Assembly (NCBI RefSeq): GCF_048593235.1
Contig: NC_133621.1
Coordinates: 229,297,238 to 229,361,237, forward strand
Direction of reading: 5' to 3'
From: Sminthopsis crassicaudata
Lineage: Eukaryota
DNA: 64,000 nucleotides
Position 1 is the stretch's first letter; each line of letters begins with the position of its first letter. The notes under the pieces were generated by a model. The model had not been told where the DNA came from and ran no database searches. It saw only the letters and a program-made list of their open reading frames with translations. The translations under genes were made by a program, and so were the position numbers. Shown one piece after another: positions 61,336 to 64,000 of this stretch.

Positions 61336-62227
61336 GATGGGATTGATTTGCCTCTCCTTCCCTTGAGTGAACTTCCTCAAGGAACAAGGGCAATCTTCAC
61401 GTTCCCCTCCAGCTTTAGATCTCACAATGCTATTAAAGAAGAGAAGGATGCAGTTTTTCAAGGACATGGGAAACCTTCCAAGGACAGATACAAGAAACAT
61501 TTGCCAATGTATCCTGAACTCTGGACCTGGGATTTCTGGAGCCTGAGTTTGGCTTAAAGTTTCTAATAAACTCCATCTGCCACATTCTCCCCTCACCCTA
61601 CACTCCCAGGTTCTACTCAGCCTCACACATCAGCCTAGTCAGATTTCCTGGTGTTAGCACTCCATCCCATGGTGCCAAGGGCATTAGGGAATATTGAGCC
61701 AAAGTTTCATCATGTGTAAAAATAAGGTCGCTTCTGACTTCATGTCTCTGATTCTATGCTTCCTCTAAGCTCAGGAGAGTTTAAGCTGAATACTTGGGGG
61801 TCTTGCCAAGGATGTGGCTACTAACACTAGAGCTGAAGAAGGTCAGGGATTTATCATGGACCGTTTGAACTAGAGGGGAGCTTTGAGATTATTTAATTCA
61901 ATCTCTTCATTTTATAATTCACTGGGGAGTGTAGGCACTACTTTTCTAAATCAGGATATTATTGGCATTAAATACAGTGGTGAATTTATGAACTAAAAGG
62001 TTTTAGGATGGTACCCCAAGTGGCAGGGAATAAATGCCAAGTCAGCCCCAGCTGACTATTAAAAAGCAGTCAATTTCCTTTTTTGGGTCTTCTCTCAGAC
62101 TCTGATAGAATCAGCTATTAGCTATTAGTGGGGGTATGTTGGCAAAAGACAAGGGAAGGAGATGAATTTGTATTGGGGATGGATGGAACCTTAGGCAATC
62201 TCAGAAAGTGCTAAGTATAGCCTTATA

Positions 62228-62233
62228 TTTATT
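62228..62233 (-). terminator. Candidate ACVRL1 polyadenylation signal (AATAAA)
   Basis: First canonical AATAAA I found on the minus strand after the stop, ~1.05 kb downstream. Further copies at 61190-61195 and 61175-61180. No transcript evidence. Confidence 0.35.
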
Positions 62234-63283
62234 TTGGAAGCCCAGTCAGACTGAATGCTAGCCTTTTCTGACCTTTCAATATCATCACCACCTTTCTGTG
62301 ACTTGCTAACAAATGCACCAGTCTCACTCTTGCTCAGTATTGACCTGGGAAAGACTTGAAAATTTGTGGTTTAATTCCAGGTTAAGTGGTTTGGGGCAGA
62401 GGTTGCTCCTTGGTCAAGGATATTTGATTTGGGCAGGATTTAGTAACCCAAAGTGGCTTCCCACATAATTGTTATTCCATGTCCAGTGAGGACATCTGGG
62501 AGAGAGCAAGGACATAATGGGGTCCCTTGGCATTGAGTCTACCAGGTCCTTTGGGCAGAGACATGGGGGCTCTAATCCAGTCCTTGATTCAGTCAGTGAT
62601 AGAGTCTACATGTTGTACTTAGTGTCAGTCCTCTTGGCATAGGGGGCATATGATGTGGTGCTGTTCACAAGAAGGTTTACTCTGGAAAAGTGCCACCTGG
62701 AAGGGACTAGGGACCTTGCACCCTCTCTGCTGACCCTGGGAAATTGGGGCTGGGCATGGCAAAGGGCACAAGCAGGTGAGGCAGAGAAGAATGGGGTTTC
62801 TGTCTCTGTTTTGGTGTGACCACTTGTGCACAAGGAGAAGTGGGTGGCAGGGTGAATAGGAATTCCCTGCCCCTTACCCCAGTTGGTGGGGTTAGCTGGT
62901 AGCTACGCTATGATCATGTCTTACGGCATAGTTGTCCTGCAGCTGGGGCCAGCTGGGATCTAAGCTTCCTGAGGAAGGAGGGGTCAGTGTGGGTGTGTTG
63001 GGGGTGGGGGAAAGCCAGGCGTCAGGGAGACTGTTCCTTCAGACTGGGCTAGATGCCCTGGCATCAGATTACAGGCCCAGCAATATTTTTGGCTGGGAGA
63101 GCCAGGGGCTGGAGGCGTGGAGTTCAGCAGCCGTAGCTGCCCTCTCAGGGGACCACACTCCCCATTCCTCTCCTCCTGAGATCGTGGATAATAAGAGAAG
63201 CAGACTCTGTAATTTCAAGAGGTCCAAGCCAGACAGTTCCATACAGCCCTCCCCAGGTCAAAAGGGGTATGGGCACCAGACGC

Positions 63284-63418
63284 CTAGTGTATCACTTTAG
63301 GCTTCTCTAGGTTTGCACACAGTTTCTGTAGAGTCTTTTTGATACGCAGGGCTGTGAGGCGAGCTGAAGGGTTGGGGTACCAACATTCCCGCATCATTTG
63401 TGCCAGACCTGAAAGAAA
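63284..63418 (-). CDS. ACVRL1: Activin receptor-like kinase 1 (ALK1), last coding exon (kinase C-terminus, NANDOR box)
   Basis: Acceptor ctgccctccag| then [44 protein letters not shown], 135 nt including TAG. Matches recalled human [51 protein letters not shown] and the KPKVI tail distinguish it from ACVR1B and TGFBR1. Confidence 0.97.
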   Translation of the reverse strand, partial: FLSGLAQMMRECWYPNPSARLTALRIKKTLQKLCANLEKPKVIH

Positions 63419-64000
63419 CTGGAGGGCAGAAAGAGAGAGGAAGAGGGATTGAAAGAGGGAAATAGGAAGCATTGGAAATGAGAATTACAGAGAGAAATGT
63501 AGGAAGAGGGAAGAAGTATGCAATGGAGGAGGGAAAAACAGAAAGAAGAAGAGAGGAATAAAAATGGAAAAAGAAATTGGAGAGAGGGAGAAAAAACAGC
63601 ATTAGGAGAGAAAAGAAAGGGGGGTTAAGAAGAAAAATAGAGAGACAACAGGAGAAGCATTATTTCATCTCCATATACTATTCGGATCCTGCTCCCTCTA
63701 TCCCTCTACAGTCCCCTCTGAGAGATAGACACAGAAGGAAGACAGAAGTCCCGACCAAAAATTCCCCATTGTAATTCTCCTCTATTCTTGGGAATTCTGA
63801 TCTTTCCAGGATGACCCCTCAACAGGCAAACATGCCACAACAAGATTTTGGAGAAAAGCACAGAGCAGGGTTCACTAAAGGTCTTATAGGCTCAGTAGAG
63901 GTAGCCCAAGCTTTCCACCCCTGCCACAGACCTTGACCTGTGAGGAGTTGGGATGGGCAGAGTTCAATACTTATTTAGGGAAACATATTAGGGCTAGGAG

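Noticed and set aside
62823-62834. 12-bp palindrome CTTGTGCACAAG in the ACVRL1 3'UTR
   Set aside because: Several palindromes of this length are expected by chance in 64 kb.

Overview
Eukaryotic, intron-containing DNA from a marsupial, most likely a dasyurid (inferred from WSINE1-type and MAR1 CORE-SINEs, marsupial L1s and an OC1-type hAT MITE). The window is mostly the ~62 kb intergenic interval between two tandem minus-strand TGF-beta type I receptor genes. At the right end is the last coding exon of ACVRL1/ALK1 (63284-63418) with its 3'UTR. At the left end is the CpG-island promoter and signal-peptide exon 1 of ACVR1B/ALK4 (1206-1296), which the ORF track misses. The interval is dense in transposable elements (L1, L2, L3/CR1, MIR, MAR1, WSINE1, LTRs, Tigger1-like, hAT) and has six N gaps. 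Apart from ACVRL1 and L1 remnants, I recognise no product among the ORF-track entries. No RNA genes or CRISPR arrays were found. The most notable observations: an LTR followed by two different tRNA-Lys primer-binding sites in tandem; a ~98% identical inverted repeat pair flanked by matching gaps; a 248-nt AG-free zone plus a cryptic acceptor at the last ACVRL1 exon; a (GGC)14 5'UTR repeat with a CUG-initiated poly-Gly frame; two apparently human-conserved ACVRL1 3'UTR blocks; and nested TE insertions with intact target-site duplications. Repeat family names and human comparisons come from recalled consensus sequences, not database searches. Boundaries of old repeats are approximate.
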